64,000 bases of DNA from an uncultured bacterium (GTDB taxonomy: Bacteria; Patescibacteriota; Patescibacteriia; UBA9570; XYC2-FULL-38-9). The position numbers and the translations under genes were made by a program. Location of the stretch: assembly GCA_937996685.1 (NCBI GenBank), contig CALKUP010000002.1:23003-87002 (forward strand), given 5' to 3'. The notes under the pieces were generated by a model. It was not told the origin of the DNA and did no database searches. It saw only the letters and a program-made list of their open reading frames with translations. Positions 48,811 to 58,075 of the stretch are shown here, piece by piece (the stretch's first letter is position 1; every line of letters begins with the position of its first letter).

Positions 48811-50274
48811 TTATGCGGTTTGTTGCGCGGTGTACGAATTGTTATTCGCGGGTGTGTCGTTGGTTGATTCCACGACCGTTATTTTGTGTTCTATTTTTGA
48901 AACCAGAAGTCCAATACGATAGCGGATTTCAAGCAGTTGCGATCGCAATGCTTCACTGACGTTTAATGACATTAAGATCGTGCATTGTTGATCAATGTTT
49001 TTCAGATTATCGCGTGCAGGATTGAGTGATCTGACAGAGTCTGCTGCAAAATCGTCAGTAACGTATTCACCGGCTGTGCGTAGCATGCGTAAGTCCATAT
49101 AATCAAGGAGCTCGGTAAATGTTGCTTCAAATGCCGCAATGGACGTTGGCGCGATGGTGTTCATGAGGTCCATTTTATAAATAAATTGGGGAGTCAGGCT
49201 TTCAAAATCTGTTGGAAATAATGACGGCAATCCATTGATTCGACGCTCAACCGCATTGTTTCGCAAGTTACGCATTGCTTGCGCGATGTTTCTGGTTTGC
49301 TCTTTCCAGATATCTGTTGTTGCGGCTTCAATTGCGGGAATAATGAAACTTTCTGCGCCTGTTGTCGTGGCTGCTTCGTCTTCATATCCTTCTTCGTCGT
49401 CTGATGCAGAATTTTCTGGATTCCGTTTTTTCCAATCTGCAAATTCATCAGCACGTTCAGTGAGCTGCGCGAGTAAATCAAGCGCGGCAATAACGGTTGC
49501 TAATTGACCTGGAGAAATATCAACACCGCCTTGCGTGAAGCGCTCTCCGGTGTTTAGTAGATTTTCAATGCCAGAGAATAAATCGCTCAAAGACATTGTG
49601 CCGAGTTCTTTAAGGAGTGGTTGTAATACATCGAGTAAGTTCGCAACGTCTTCGTGATTTGTTCCATCTACATCAAGTATAAAGTCGGTAAAGCGTTTTA
49701 AATCCGCTGCTTGATCAAGTGTTGATCGTGTTTCTGGTTCTGCAAATTCGATGTCAGGATTTCGATTGTCTGTTGGAGTTCGTATTTCACTCTCAGTAGA
49801 GGTGGCGTCTTTTGTTTCTGTGTTCGTAGTTTCGATGGGTGCTTGCTGTCGCGTTGTTTGTTTTTCTGCGACGGGCAAGGTTTTTTGCCAGGCTTGAAAT
49901 GGAACTTTATCAATCCGTGCTTGTTCGATTAAATCAAGTCCCGCATGCACAATATTGCGATAGTCAACTCCGATGGTCATCCCTGCATATTCAAATGGTT
50001 TGTCGTTGTCGAGTGATTCTGCGATATTCGCAAGCAGTTCAAAAATACCAGCATTGCCAGCTTCTTGGATCATCGGCGCGCATTCTGTCAAAAGTTTCAG
50101 TAACTCTTGATATTCTCGCATGGAAAACAAATCATCTTCTCCTTCCATTGTTTCTGCTCGATATTCGATATACTGCTTTAACGTTTTTGCGCCTTCTGGG
50201 GCAGGGAGTAGACCCGCTTCTTTTTCGGATTCAACAGTATGGATTGCTTGTGGGTGTTCTGGTGATTGAGACAT
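48811..50274 (-). CDS. Hypothetical acidic protein with an internal duplicated domain
   Basis: Long ORF; two similar ~95-aa helical units. Confidence 0.65.
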   Translation of the reverse strand: MSQSPEHPQAIHTVESEKEAGLLPAPEGAKTLKQYIEYRAETMEGEDDLFSMREYQELLKLLTECAPMIQEAGNAGIFELLANIAESLDNDKPFEYAGMTIGVDYRNIVHAGLDLIEQARIDKVPFQAWQKTLPVAEKQTTRQQAPIETTNTETKDATSTESEIRTPTDNRNPDIEFAEPETRSTLDQAADLKRFTDFILDVDGTNHEDVANLLDVLQPLLKELGTMSLSDLFSGIENLLNTGERFTQGGVDISPGQLATVIAALDLLAQLTERADEFADWKKRNPENSASDDEEGYEDEAATTTGAESFIIPAIEAATTDIWKEQTRNIAQAMRNLRNNAVERRINGLPSLFPTDFESLTPQFIYKMDLMNTIAPTSIAAFEATFTELLDYMDLRMLRTAGEYVTDDFAADSVRSLNPARDNLKNIDQQCTILMSLNVSEALRSQLLEIRYRIGLLVSKIEHKITVVESTNDTPANNNSYTAQQTA

Positions 50275-50287
50275 ACATGAGTAATGG

Positions 50288-51253
50288 TTATGACAAAATT
50301 GCCGTTGCAATCAAAAAATAAATGATGATACTAATCACTTCTTGAATAATTGTGGCGACTGGTCCACTGCCGCTGGCTGGGTCTTGCTTGAACCAATGAA
50401 ATACGTACGGAATAAACAAGCCGGTTGAAATGCATGAAATGATTGAAATCAGAAGTGTCAGGCCAATGACCATCGCAATTTGCATGTCACGAAATAATGC
50501 GACTGTGCCGAGGGCGACCAACGCAGAAATAATAACGCCGATCATTGTGACGATTGAGAGTTGGCGGAGCGTGTAGCGCAGGGTTGGTTTTTGAAAGATT
50601 GCCAAATCGCGAATGACATAGGCTTCGACTTGTGTGCCAACAGCATCGGACATATAGACAACGAGTGGGATAAATGCGGCAAGCAAGACATTTTTTTCTA
50701 ATGTTGCTTCAAATTGGTTGATGATCATTGTTGCTCCAAGGCCACCAACTAAACCAAATAATAACCATGGCAGACGATGCTTCAAAGAGCGTCGCAGTGG
50801 AATTGTTAAAATATCATCATATTGCGGATCAGTGGTATGAATTCCGGAACGTTGAAAAATACGATGATTGAGCTCCGCGTATGTATGCGCCAAAATGTCA
50901 CGGCTGCGCAGCACGCCAAGAAACACACCAGCTTCATCAATCAGCGGTAGGTCGTGGAGCCTGTGTTCTAGCGCCATGTGACTGGCTTGTGTCATTGTCG
51001 CGTCTTTATCAACAGCGACAACGTCAGTGATCATGATGGATTCAAGCGTCGTTTGGGCTGGATGTTGAAAGACTGCTTCAAGGCTGACGATGCCCGTCAG
51101 AACATGCGTGTTGTTAATAACAAAAATAGTATCAATTGGATTCCAACCGTGCTCACTGGACAGGGCGGTGATCACAGTATCGCACGTTGCGCCTTCTTCA
51201 AAGACAGGGACTTGGACGTGAAGATATTCAATGGCATTTTTTTTGTTGTTCAT
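50288..51253 (-). CDS. mgtE: MgtE-family magnesium transporter (CBS pair plus TM domain)
   Basis: CBS domains, RLPWL, AFIPL, GTQ, DPA..SGP.ATII. Confidence 0.88.
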   Translation of the reverse strand: MNNKKNAIEYLHVQVPVFEEGATCDTVITALSSEHGWNPIDTIFVINNTHVLTGIVSLEAVFQHPAQTTLESIMITDVVAVDKDATMTQASHMALEHRLHDLPLIDEAGVFLGVLRSRDILAHTYAELNHRIFQRSGIHTTDPQYDDILTIPLRRSLKHRLPWLLFGLVGGLGATMIINQFEATLEKNVLLAAFIPLVVYMSDAVGTQVEAYVIRDLAIFQKPTLRYTLRQLSIVTMIGVIISALVALGTVALFRDMQIAMVIGLTLLISIISCISTGLFIPYVFHWFKQDPASGSGPVATIIQEVISIIIYFLIATAILS

Positions 51254-51327
51254 ATCAGTATACTATCAAATCTCTCAAGCTTTCGCCATGTTTTTGCAGA
51301 TGATGGATGTCCTGGTATACTGTTCCC

Positions 51328-51900
51328 ATGATATATTCAGGTTTTTTCATGCCGGCTTGGGGAGTGTTTGCGCTGGCGGTTCTGGCGCTGCTTTTGGGGA
51401 ATCCGGTTGTAGCAATTGTCTGCATCTATCTTGCGGCCTGGACGTTTGCGCTGGTGACGCGTAATACAGCATTGCAATATCAACTGTGCATTGGTTCGGC
51501 TATTTCATTGGCCTGGATGTCTGTGGGGCATAATCAATATGGATACGCAGAGCATTCCGTCGCATTATTTGGCATTACGATTTTTCCAGTGTTTGCGGTT
51601 CCGTCTGCGTTGATGGGTTTTTATCTGATTTATGAAACAGTGCATACAATGATCCCGAAGAGCACACCTGTGATTGATTGGTCACTGGTTATTTTTCTCG
51701 ATCTGTTTTTAGTCGTTGGAATGGAATATATCGGGTATCATTTTTTTCAAATCCACAATCTCGCAACCAGTCAGTATTCTGGCTTTACGTGGTGTAATTG
51801 TTTTCACGCGCCGTGGTGGATGCAGTTGGCGTACTTTAGTTTCCCTGTGATATTTTTTGCTGCTTTTCGGTTTTTGGAAAAACGCTTCTTACGTAAATAA
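51328..51900 (+). CDS. Hypothetical multi-pass membrane protein
   Basis: Several hydrophobic segments; C.C.H near C-terminus. Confidence 0.6.
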   Translation: MIYSGFFMPAWGVFALAVLALLLGNPVVAIVCIYLAAWTFALVTRNTALQYQLCIGSAISLAWMSVGHNQYGYAEHSVALFGITIFPVFAVPSALMGFYLIYETVHTMIPKSTPVIDWSLVIFLDLFLVVGMEYIGYHFFQIHNLATSQYSGFTWCNCFHAPWWMQLAYFSFPVIFFAAFRFLEKRFLRK

Positions 51901-51927
51901 AAATAGCTGCGCGGCGCAGCTATTTTA
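51899..51927. terminator. Bidirectional terminator
   Basis: AAAATAGCTGCGC/GCGCAGCTATTTT. Confidence 0.75.
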
Positions 51928-51949
51928 CGCATATAGCAGGGAAGTGTAA

Positions 51950-52378
51950 TTACATCCACAGTCCAATAACGCCCGCCATTGCAGCGAGTGTCACAACTTG
52001 GCAGGCAGCTTGAATGCCGATTTGCTTCCACAGAATTTCACGGCTCACACCAGACCACATCACCGCGCCGATGAGAGTTGGGAAGACAACGCCGACAAGG
52101 ATCCACGCAACAGCTTCATAGGAGCTTCCACCAGCGCGTTGTGCAATAACCATAAGATGGGCAAGGACATACGCTTCAATGAATGTGATGACGAGTTGAA
52201 TAATATAGAGCGGGCCAGCCTCTTGTGCTGCGGCCTTTTTTTCGGCATCAGAGCGCTTGTTAAATCCAGTGACAATCATCCACTGTTTTTGAAAGAGCAC
52301 GCTGTACCACAACGCGCCGATAATATATGCCACAACTGTTGCGGCGATGACTGAGAGAAGGCTTACTTGGATATCCAT
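51950..52378 (-). CDS. DUF1761 family membrane protein
   Basis: IIGALWYS.LF.KQW; 4 TM. Confidence 0.85.
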   Translation of the reverse strand: MDIQVSLLSVIAATVVAYIIGALWYSVLFQKQWMIVTGFNKRSDAEKKAAAQEAGPLYIIQLVITFIEAYVLAHLMVIAQRAGGSSYEAVAWILVGVVFPTLIGAVMWSGVSREILWKQIGIQAACQVVTLAAMAGVIGLWM

Positions 52379-52571
52379 AGATATAATGGTTACGAATAAT
52401 TATAGTGAGTGTAAATCGTGTCGATAGTTTTGTCTACAATATTCAATCAAGACCTATGGCGCGCACGTTCCAATGTATTTTAGCAGACGCATATCAAGGC
52501 GTAGTATTGCAGTTGGGCATTCTCCGGATAACGGTTTTATTTTTTTGCTATTGAATGCTAGTATTAGCTCT

Positions 52572-53723
52572 ATGACAAAACGAGATCGTGGATTTTTTGA
52601 AAACCGGCGCGAGGCACGTTTTCGTGTTGCAATAGAGAGTGAGGCTGAAAAACAGCGTTTTCATGACCCGCATCCGCGTCCAGAATTTTCATCTGATCGA
52701 GAAATTACTAATGAAGTTTTAGGAAGATATATACGATTTGCGCAGCGCTTAGGACAAATGGAAGATTGGTTACGGCGTCAATCCTTAGATCTATTGTCCA
52801 ATGATCGCATCATCGACATGATTCGTGAGTTGGATATTCCAGCAGGTGAAGGCAATGCTCGCGAACAAATTTTAGAATTTTGTCAGTGGTGGAATGAAGC
52901 TGCTAACCGAGCACTGAAGAAAGAGGGTGATGTCATGACACAAGAGGAGCTGATTGGCGACAAGTCTGTTGATGCTGAGGTATTAGCCGCCCGCTTTTTT
53001 CAACGGTACTTTCATGAGCAACCCGTGGGACGAGTTGAATATGAACGGAAAGGTTTTTTTCTTGTGTTGTACGTAAACGACAAGGCAGATTTTCAAAAAA
53101 CTCTTCAGAAGTCGGAAAGTGGTGACACGGTCGGATTTTTTAAAGCACAGACGTGGGTCGCTGAAGTTCATCCGTTGCTCGATATAAACGAGTATCATGT
53201 TATGTATCAAGAAGAGAATGTTCCATTAATCGTCGTGCGTGCGGAGAAAGGAGCTCCAGAGGCAGAATTTACCTTTGAGCATGAATTACAACACGCGCTT
53301 AATTTTAGTGTGTTTAGGATTCCAAAAAATTACCAACGAGCCAGTGATGTCCATTCATCTCAAGAGGTAAGACGCTTGGTTATTACAGATGAGGTGATTT
53401 CTCATATTCGTAGCGGCGATCCTGAACATTTCCTTGAGCTATATACAGAAGCAGTATATAAAAGGGTATTAGAAAGTTGCGTTTCAGAAACAGATGGCAA
53501 TCCAATAAAAGGAAGTCGAGAAGATTGGTTACGTACACTTGATGACATTAGTACTGCAATGAAAGAATTACGTGGAATACTCGAACCGCGCCATCTCTAT
53601 ACTACGAGAGAGTACCGCTTGGTGGCATATATGCTTACTCAATTTCCCATTGAGCGTTTTGCTGAAGTCATTAGAAAATTTGGCAAGCGCATGGCCGACA
53701 CATTTGGCGAGCATCCTCAATAG
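52572..53723 (+). CDS. Hypothetical protein with HExxH motif
   Basis: EHELQH followed by a DE-containing helix. Confidence 0.6.
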   Translation: MTKRDRGFFENRREARFRVAIESEAEKQRFHDPHPRPEFSSDREITNEVLGRYIRFAQRLGQMEDWLRRQSLDLLSNDRIIDMIRELDIPAGEGNAREQILEFCQWWNEAANRALKKEGDVMTQEELIGDKSVDAEVLAARFFQRYFHEQPVGRVEYERKGFFLVLYVNDKADFQKTLQKSESGDTVGFFKAQTWVAEVHPLLDINEYHVMYQEENVPLIVVRAEKGAPEAEFTFEHELQHALNFSVFRIPKNYQRASDVHSSQEVRRLVITDEVISHIRSGDPEHFLELYTEAVYKRVLESCVSETDGNPIKGSREDWLRTLDDISTAMKELRGILEPRHLYTTREYRLVAYMLTQFPIERFAEVIRKFGKRMADTFGEHPQ

Positions 53724-53861
53724 GAATAGACCGTATTTTTTGTATTCCTAATATACCAAATAATCTATGGTTGTATTTTTTTGCTAACCCAGCGTTCCAG
53801 CTTCAAACATAAAAATCCCTTGTTGATGAATGCGCGACTTGGCAAATTCTAGGCACTTAAT

Positions 53862-53892
53862 AAAAAAAGCCGTCAACAATGTGACGACCTTT
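53862..53892 (-). terminator. Terminator, probably the displaced native tRNA-Asp terminator
   Basis: Minus strand AAAGGUCGUCA/UGACGGCUUU plus U-tract, 6 nt beyond the att core. Confidence 0.65.
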
Positions 53893-53897
53893 CTTGT

Positions 53898-53999
53898 ATG
53901 CGGGAGCAAGTGGACGAGTTCAGAACTCTTAATTGGGTCAAGATCCAAAAGGATTATGACCGCTTGTTTATCCAGTTGCCCGCGTTAGCGAAAGTATAG
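53898..53999 (+). other. Detached 3' end of the serine recombinase gene (REQVDEFRTLNW...LPALAKV*)
   Basis: Same codon phase across the att core as the recombinase at 63838; open for 30 further codons. Confidence 0.7.
53899..53907 (+). repeat. att core, left copy
   Basis: TGCGGGAGC identical to 63838-63846. Confidence 0.8.
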
Positions 54000-54003
54000 C
54001 GGA

Positions 54004-55485
54004 TTATAGTTTTTTGAGAAACTGGTAAATCTCGACCATCGCCCATGTGTCCATTTTACAATAGGCGAGTAGATCTTGTGCAATTTGCTGCTTTTCCTCC
54101 TCGTCGATCGATTTTGTCATCATTCGCTCCCAACGCTCGCTGGCTTGGTCACCTTTACGGATGTTCAATTCTTTGTAGGTCAGACTTGGAATAAGGACTG
54201 GGAGTATATTTTTAATACTTGATTTGCCTTTGAAATCAGGATCGACGTAAAGGTTGTTTGTGAAAATTGTTTCAAGGTCAAACATGGTTTCGTTCATTTC
54301 CTCAAAGAATCGTACGTGTTCAGGATGTAGTTGCGCCAGCTTTCGGTTTTGCTTTTTTTCATAAGCCGCGTGCCATGAAACGGCAGTACCTTTTTCCGAC
54401 ATATCTGCAACAAGTTGCTCAACTAAGGGTTTTGTTACTTCAGATTGTTTTTCTGTGATAAGGAACTCCGTATGCTCGACTGATCCGTCTTCATGTAAAA
54501 TGTGGAGAGAGTATTGAAACGGAACATGCTCATATGGCCCAAAACCATCAAAAAGGGGAATAGCTGCAATAAAGCCTTCATAGTCCAAGAAGTAGAGGGG
54601 AAATTGAAGTTCATTGAACATTTCTCGAATTGCCAAGCCATCAACAAAAGGCCTCTTCTGAATGTATGAAGAGATTTGGAGCTGTTGTCGGTCATTGAGT
54701 TTTTCTTCAATGACTTCTTCGAGCGTAAATCTTCCTTCATCGACCCAGTTCATCAGTTTCTTTTTGCTGTTTCCAATGCGATAGAGGTCGTGGATTGAGT
54801 ATTCAGGAACGACGGGGTTTGAATAGGCAAAGCTTGAACAATGAGCACTACGACCCTTGTATACACAATCACAACCGCTTTGTTCGTCCATTGCGAGCCA
54901 AATTTTCATTTCTTCCATTTCTCCCAAAACCTCAACTTCTACGTCTCGGATTTCATTGCTTATGTCTTCTGTAATAAACAGTTGATCATAATCAAGCTCG
55001 CCGTGCTTTCGGTATTCAGAGTTGAGATGTATGACTCCTGTTTTGACAACTCTTGCGCCACATTTTTGAATGACTTGCTTCTGAAAAGCCAAGTCTCTTA
55101 CATGATTACCAACGCCTGTTTTCTTTACTTCATTTGTTGCTTTGACTTCATAGAGCTCCCATCCGTTCAATCTGTTATCCCAAACTAAAACATCTGCACG
55201 AATAAAGAAGTTTTCAAATACGAATGTCCCTTGAAAAATTACCCTTGCCTTATCCGCAATAAGAAGGTTTGTATCTTCTATTGCTGTTGAACCGTGCGTG
55301 CTCACGAGAACACCATCAGGAAAGAGTTTGCGAGCAGCTTCGTCGGCGGCGTTTCCTTCTTCGATGATTTTCTTCTCAAAGTCAGATAGCTCAAAATCCT
55401 CAAAGAGTTCAGGTTTGTATTTTTTGAGCCACAGGTTTTTTCGGCAAAAACTGTACTCAAGGTAGTCGGTTTTTGTGATTTGCAT
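54004..55485 (-). CDS. DUF2779-type protein: Cas4/RecB-like nuclease plus RNase H-like exonuclease domain
   Basis: C.KNLWL, RADVL, YEVKAT, C.C...C; FLDYE, PFQYSLH, YCKMDT. Confidence 0.85.
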   Translation of the reverse strand: MQITKTDYLEYSFCRKNLWLKKYKPELFEDFELSDFEKKIIEEGNAADEAARKLFPDGVLVSTHGSTAIEDTNLLIADKARVIFQGTFVFENFFIRADVLVWDNRLNGWELYEVKATNEVKKTGVGNHVRDLAFQKQVIQKCGARVVKTGVIHLNSEYRKHGELDYDQLFITEDISNEIRDVEVEVLGEMEEMKIWLAMDEQSGCDCVYKGRSAHCSSFAYSNPVVPEYSIHDLYRIGNSKKKLMNWVDEGRFTLEEVIEEKLNDRQQLQISSYIQKRPFVDGLAIREMFNELQFPLYFLDYEGFIAAIPLFDGFGPYEHVPFQYSLHILHEDGSVEHTEFLITEKQSEVTKPLVEQLVADMSEKGTAVSWHAAYEKKQNRKLAQLHPEHVRFFEEMNETMFDLETIFTNNLYVDPDFKGKSSIKNILPVLIPSLTYKELNIRKGDQASERWERMMTKSIDEEEKQQIAQDLLAYCKMDTWAMVEIYQFLKKL

Positions 55486-55515
55486 AAGCTTAGCCAAGCA
55501 TACTTGAAAATGATT

Positions 55516-55532
55516 GTAAACTAAAGTAAAGT
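55516..55532. promoter_or_regulatory. Putative operator copy 1 within a leaderless promoter
   Basis: GTAAACTAAAGTAAAGT inside TTGAAA-N17-TAAAGT. Confidence 0.55.
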
Positions 55533-55538
55533 CTCGGC

Positions 55539-56711
55539 ATGTTTATTAAAGACCCCGAAAAACATTTGTCAGATCAGGCTTTTTTCAGCTATATCAAGTT
55601 TTTTGACTATGTCGTTTTGAAAAAAGATATTGATAATTATGACGATGATGGAGCATTTAGTATGCGTGATGTCAGCTTAGGTGGTGAGGATCAGGCAATG
55701 GTTTTTAACCGTATCTTGGACGGGGCAATAGCTGTACAGGCATCAGTGATTGCCAAGAAAGGTTATCGTTTTGATGATCAGATGAAGGAAACAAAGGAGG
55801 GGCTAAATGAGAAAGGTACAGATAGTGAAAAAAAGCGTATCTCAAAACTGATCGCATCCATAGAACGTGGAAAGGCTATAACAATCCAAGATGCGGCTGC
55901 ATTGTCATGGTTTTGGTTTGAAGTATACGATAGCATTCGTTTTACTCCTGAGTTGTGCAAAGTAAGCCCTGAAGTCAAAGACAATTTACAATCTGCTATT
56001 GAAGGTTACTTAGATGATTTCATCAATGATAAACTTTCAATTTCAAAAAAGAATTATTATCGGTTTGAGCGTCAAAAAGCCATTTTGATTAAACTGATAG
56101 AAGAAGATAATAAAATTGCAAAGTATGGCAATAATTTTATCATTCGCGAAAAAATAGGCCGTGATGGCTCACTTGAGCGAGCGCCTGATTTTTGCATTGT
56201 TCAAACGGTTTACGCTTTGCAGAAATTAGGATATTTGAAAGTCATGAACGTCTGGGAGGAAAGACAATATAAAGACAATGCCTATGACGATTTGGTTCCC
56301 TTTGTGAACGTCAACATTCTGCTTGATGAAATGTTTATTGAGGAAATCAATAATAGCTATAAGAAAGGAAACCCAAAAAACGTATTTGAAAAATTTGATG
56401 AAAAGCGTGGGGTCTTATTTTTTGCAGGGAAGGAAATTACCATTTCAAAGAAAGGGAAAGAAACGGATGCGATTTTATTGATAAAGACACTCCTTAAAAA
56501 AGAACCGCAAACGTGGAAGTACAACGATGAAATTTTAGAAGATTGGGGATATACGGAAGATGACATGGAAAGGCTTCCGAAGAACAAGGTATATTTTGCT
56601 GCTCAAAAAGCAAATCAGGCGATTGCTTTGGTGGCTCAAATTGATGATTTTATTGAATGTAATACGACAAAAGCGCGTATAAACCCGAAATACATAAAAG
56701 TTGATGGATAA
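55539..56711 (+). CDS. Hypothetical protein with C-terminal OmpR-like winged helix
   Basis: FDEKRGVLFF.GKEI...DEILEDW...VYFAA..AN..I...RINPKY pattern. Confidence 0.65.
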   Translation: MFIKDPEKHLSDQAFFSYIKFFDYVVLKKDIDNYDDDGAFSMRDVSLGGEDQAMVFNRILDGAIAVQASVIAKKGYRFDDQMKETKEGLNEKGTDSEKKRISKLIASIERGKAITIQDAAALSWFWFEVYDSIRFTPELCKVSPEVKDNLQSAIEGYLDDFINDKLSISKKNYYRFERQKAILIKLIEEDNKIAKYGNNFIIREKIGRDGSLERAPDFCIVQTVYALQKLGYLKVMNVWEERQYKDNAYDDLVPFVNVNILLDEMFIEEINNSYKKGNPKNVFEKFDEKRGVLFFAGKEITISKKGKETDAILLIKTLLKKEPQTWKYNDEILEDWGYTEDDMERLPKNKVYFAAQKANQAIALVAQIDDFIECNTTKARINPKYIKVDG

Positions 56712-56778
56712 TTGATCAATTTTCGGCAACATTTACAAATACCCTTTCATTTAGTCTGAGGCTACAACCTCAGATTTT

Positions 56779-56940
56779 ATGATTAGCAAACAAGAAGCCA
56801 AAATCAATCAGCTGCAAGATGCGGGCCATGAAATGGTCGATCAGGGCACGCTTTTTGAGTTTTTTGCATTGCTTCTCAAAGTCGATCAGAGGGTGAATCC
56901 ACATCTGTATAATCAACTTAAACAAGAAAATAATGATTGA
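56779..56940 (+). CDS. 53-aa protein overlapping the rep start
   Basis: MISKQ...LFEFFALLLKVDQRVNPHLY...; 8-nt overlap with rep; not in ORF track. Confidence 0.6.
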   Translation: MISKQEAKINQLQDAGHEMVDQGTLFEFFALLLKVDQRVNPHLYNQLKQENND

Positions 56941-58060
56941 TACAATTATCTTAATCATCCCAAGAGACAAGTTTATCTTTCTCGACCTTTCGAATGAAGG
57001 GGTGTCGAATTGGCATCTACAAAGCCACACCGACGCATACATGAAGTACATAAAAAATCCGAAGGTGCTCGCTAAGCGCACAGGCAAGTATTACCCACGC
57101 CTCACTGAGTATGTTCGCAAGTATGGTAACGATCGAAGTGTCAAAATTGAACTCTCGCTCCCAAAATTGATCTTTCTCAATAATCTTGATGAGCTGGAAG
57201 ACAAGGATTTCGATAGAGTTGTAGAAACACTACAGAGTCGTTTGAAGGAAATGGGAGTAGTAGTTGAACGTAAAGACATTGAAGTAGCAAAGGTCGGCAG
57301 CGTTCATTTTTCTAAAAACATTTTACTGCAAGATGGGTACACGTCGAACTATGTGATTTCTGAAATCGGCAAAATCGATTTACGAAAAACCTTTGACTTC
57401 GCCCGTGCGCGGTACATCAATGACGGTCAAAGTCTTTGTGCGCATACCACTTCACATGAGTTTGTTGTTTACGATAAAATCGCTGATCTACATAAAGGTC
57501 AAAAACGAGCGATTGATAAAGATCAAACTTCATTTCAACTCAGTTTATTCAAAGCCGAGAAAAAAGTATCGTACGAAGTCGTGCGTTTTGAAATTCGTTT
57601 GGCAAAGAAGCAAAAAATGAACAGCGTGCTCACAAAAATTGGTTATGAAAAAGACCCGATATTCAAAGATGTATTTAGTAGCGACCTGAGCATGAAAGTT
57701 GTGAGCCTGTATTGGGAGGGTGTTGTACAGACTAGAAATATCGGTCTATTTGCCACAGAAATGAGCAACAAGGAAAAATTGAGAAAAATTTACAAGCATT
57801 TTCCGAACATCAAACCTGCGCGTGCAATTTACCTTGTTGGCTTATTGAATCTTGCGCGAGAGCAGTACGGAATGGGAGAGTTACGTTCGATAGTAAGCGC
57901 AAAAAGTGGAGACAGAACGTGGTATCGAATAATGTCAGATTTTCGGAGTGTATCGGAGTTGATCGCACTACAAGATATTCGAGGCTGGGTGGGGCAAGTT
58001 AATTCTGCATTCACAAAATACAGACCACTTCGCCTGCAATTGCTAAGTAAAGAAAAGTAA
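56933..58060 (+). CDS. Rolling-circle-type replication initiator (gene II/X, Rep_trans-like)
   Basis: MIDTI, SLPKL..NN, V...HFSKN, VYDK, VRFEIRL motif order. Confidence 0.72.
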   Translation: MIDTIILIIPRDKFIFLDLSNEGVSNWHLQSHTDAYMKYIKNPKVLAKRTGKYYPRLTEYVRKYGNDRSVKIELSLPKLIFLNNLDELEDKDFDRVVETLQSRLKEMGVVVERKDIEVAKVGSVHFSKNILLQDGYTSNYVISEIGKIDLRKTFDFARARYINDGQSLCAHTTSHEFVVYDKIADLHKGQKRAIDKDQTSFQLSLFKAEKKVSYEVVRFEIRLAKKQKMNSVLTKIGYEKDPIFKDVFSSDLSMKVVSLYWEGVVQTRNIGLFATEMSNKEKLRKIYKHFPNIKPARAIYLVGLLNLAREQYGMGELRSIVSAKSGDRTWYRIMSDFRSVSELIALQDIRGWVGQVNSAFTKYRPLRLQLLSKEK

Positions 58061-58063
58061 AGT
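58047..58063. promoter_or_regulatory. Putative operator copy 2 within the RM-operon promoter
   Basis: GTAAAGAAAAGTAAAGT inside TTGCTA-N17-TATAAT. Confidence 0.55.
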
Positions 58064-58075
58064 ATAATTTTGACT

